Source: a virus
Lineage: Duplodnaviria > Caudoviricetes
Virus record (IMG/VR): IMGVR_UViG_3300037467_001092
Location: 1 to 53,880 of that record
DNA: 53,880 nt
Reading direction: 5' to 3' (one strand)
Positions 52,325-53,880 of the stretch are shown piece after piece. The notes beneath the pieces are model-generated. The model was not told where the DNA came from. It ran no database searches and saw nothing but the letters and a program-made list of their open reading frames with translations. The translations under genes were made by a program, and so were the position numbers. The first letter of the stretch is position 1. Each line of letters starts with the position of its first letter.

Positions 52325-53880
52325 TTTCCACCATCGCTAGGGCTTCTTGGATCGCGCCCTGAATGATCATCTTCATGTCGGCCATGAAGTCTGGACCCAT
52401 CATCGCGATCTCAGCCTGAAGCTTCTCGGATTGCAGGTTCTTCAAGGCCACATCCGCCACCGCGACACCCTGTTCGATGTCCACGCGGCGCTCATCCAGG
52501 CGGGCCTTGGCCTCAACCTCCAGCATCTTCGGGTCCGGCGGCGGAGGCTGTTCAGGGCCTAGCAGCTCGTCCAGATCCGGCACGCGGGCCGCCTGCAACG
52601 CACGCTCGGCGGCCTTCCGCGGCGGGATCACGCCCGGCATGGCCTCCGCGATGCTCATCACGAACTGCGCTTGCTGCATCCGCTGCATGTCGGTCGCCAT
52701 GTTCGGGTCCGAAACCGGAACCACGTCCATGTCACCCGCCGCATAGTCCGCCTGCGCGACGCTGCCTTCCTCGTCCTGGAAGGTGAAGTACACCTCAGGC
52801 TCCAGATACCGCCCGTTCAGGGCGTAGAGGATGCCAAGTTCCTTCTTCAGAGCCCGGTGAAGGCGCTTCACGATGGCCGTGAAGGTCTTCAGGCCCTGCT
52901 CGATCAGAGCCGACACGGTGCCCACGGGAAGCGAGCCCTTGCCCGAGTCCCCGCCAAGGATATCCTGCGTCGCGGTCACGTCTCGGGCCGCCTCGATCAG
53001 CATACCCAGCAATTGGAACAGGACGCTGGACGGCTCCTTCGTCGGCAGGGGGACGATGTTCTCCCGCAGATTGCCGCCTTCGGTCGTCGCCCGTCGCCAT
53101 TCACCCGGCCGGAAGGTCTGAGCGCCCGACTTGATCGACACGCCCGCCCCGATGAACCCGCCCTGCACGTTCGCCAAGTGGCCGGCGTCCATAAGCTGGT
53201 TGATCGTCGAGTTGATCGTCTCGCTCAGCGGGTTGAGCAGCGTCCCGAAGCCGATGTCATAGAACGAACCATCGGGCGCCGGGATGAAGCCGTACTTGGT
53301 GAACACCCGTGTCGGAACGATCCGAACAATGGTCCCGTCTTCCCGCTGCGTCACGCCCCGCTCATCGAAGCGGGCCACGATACGCACGACCTTGCCGGAT
53401 TCCTTCTCCACGGTGACCGTGTAGGGTTCCGGATAGCCGTCCTCGTCCAGATCCCAGAGCCGCGCTTGCTCGTAGAAGGTGAGCGGCGCGTCGTCGTCGT
53501 TGTCCGCGGACTGAGGCCGCCCCAGGTCCACCTCGAGCCAGACGCCAGACAGCATCTTCTCGCGGACCTCGTACGGGTAGAACGTCAGGACGTGGGTGGC
53601 CCGAGGGCACGTCTCCAGGTCCTTCGTCCAGTAGTTGACCACGAAATCCATAGCGGACACGAGCACGCTACAGTTGTAGCCCTTGAGCGGGTCGAACCAC
53701 GTCTTGCGGAACGCGCAGCCCACGATGGGGAGCTGCATCAGGAGGCGGTCGGTGTCCTCCTCCCAGTCGTCCATCTCCTCCAGGAGCTGATACGACATGT
53801 GCGCGCCGACCCGATCAGCACGGGCGACCTTCTCCGGCGTCGGGCGGCCCTTCACGGCGCCCTTGACGATCTCGGGCCCG
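52122..53880 (-). CDS. Portal protein, copy 2 (5' end beyond the window)
   Basis: Near-identical to 5287-7066 except a swapped segment near the C-terminus. Confidence 0.9.
   Translation of the reverse strand, partial: GPEIVKGAVKGRPTPEKVARADRVGAHMSYQLLEEMDDWEEDTDRLLMQLPIVGCAFRKTWFDPLKGYNCSVLVSAMDFVVNYWTKDLETCPRATHVLTFYPYEVREKMLSGVWLEVDLGRPQSADNDDDAPLTFYEQARLWDLDEDGYPEPYTVTVEKESGKVVRIVARFDERGVTQREDGTIVRIVPTRVFTKYGFIPAPDGSFYDIGFGTLLNPLSETINSTINQLMDAGHLANVQGGFIGAGVSIKSGAQTFRPGEWRRATTEGGNLRENIVPLPTKEPSSVLFQLLGMLIEAARDVTATQDILGGDSGKGSLPVGTVSALIEQGLKTFTAIVKRLHRALKKELGILYALNGRYLEPEVYFTFQDEEGSVAQADYAAGDMDVVPVSDPNMATDMQRMQQAQFVMSIAEAMPGVIPPRKAAERALQAARVPDLDELLGPEQPPPPDPKMLEVEAKARLDERRVDIEQGVAVADVALKNLQSEKLQAEIAMMGPDFMADMKMIIQGAIQEALAMVENGGKPPVQPQELPGMEGQPGDGPVPPISGGPAPADDGGLGPGGLDVAEQPGEIAPDAGAFDPGMVDG

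Larger units (their letters stand above)
26102..53880. mobile_element. Left part of related prophage B (accessory operon, lysis, fibres, ejection, tail, head)
   Basis: Starts at the att core and runs into a second, non-identical head module. Confidence 0.65.
46483..53880 (+). repeat. Head module copy 2
   Basis: Colinear with 1-7066, plus an insertion of about 0.3 kb. Confidence 0.97.

Noticed and set aside
46483-53880. Terminal redundancy or circular-assembly overlap
   Set aside because: The copies differ extensively in capsid, scaffold and decoration genes and by an insertion.

Overview
The whole 53.9 kb window is temperate P22-like podovirus sequence. It is GC-rich, and the GTTC-N7-GTTC SOS boxes and a tRNA-Thr core suggest an alphaproteobacterial host, possibly Caulobacteraceae (inference). 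Layout: head and packaging genes (1-9.4 kb, minus), replication and late control (10.6-15.3 kb, minus), cro/cI switch (16.3-17.6 kb), early recombination and accessory operon ending in a tyrosine integrase (17.6-26.0 kb, plus), att core equal to the 3' half of tRNA-Thr(GGT) at 26102-26148, a second RHH-controlled accessory operon (26.3-29.4 kb), then lysis, fibre, ejection and tail genes (29.5-46.5 kb, minus). From 46483 the head module of 1-7066 recurs as a mosaic, diverged copy. The simplest reading is two related prophages in tandem joined at the att core; a chimeric assembly is the alternative. Main oddities: (1) several families of 50-90 nt GC-rich boundary elements, mostly ending in CCCGGGAGG or CGGATGAACC, that sit at the ends of unrelated accessory ORFs or fuse domains in frame, suggesting a gene-cassette shuffling system; (2) a phage RlmN/Cfr-type radical SAM methyltransferase bracketed by such elements; (3) a GTA-type head-spike base gene plus a 924-aa beta-helix fibre carrying the MRIGIGL docking-like peptide at its C- rather than N-terminus; (4) an apparently LexA-controlled, leaderless HNH gene antisense in the lysis cassette; (5) a split primase zinc domain. 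Family assignments come from motif recognition only; no database search was run.
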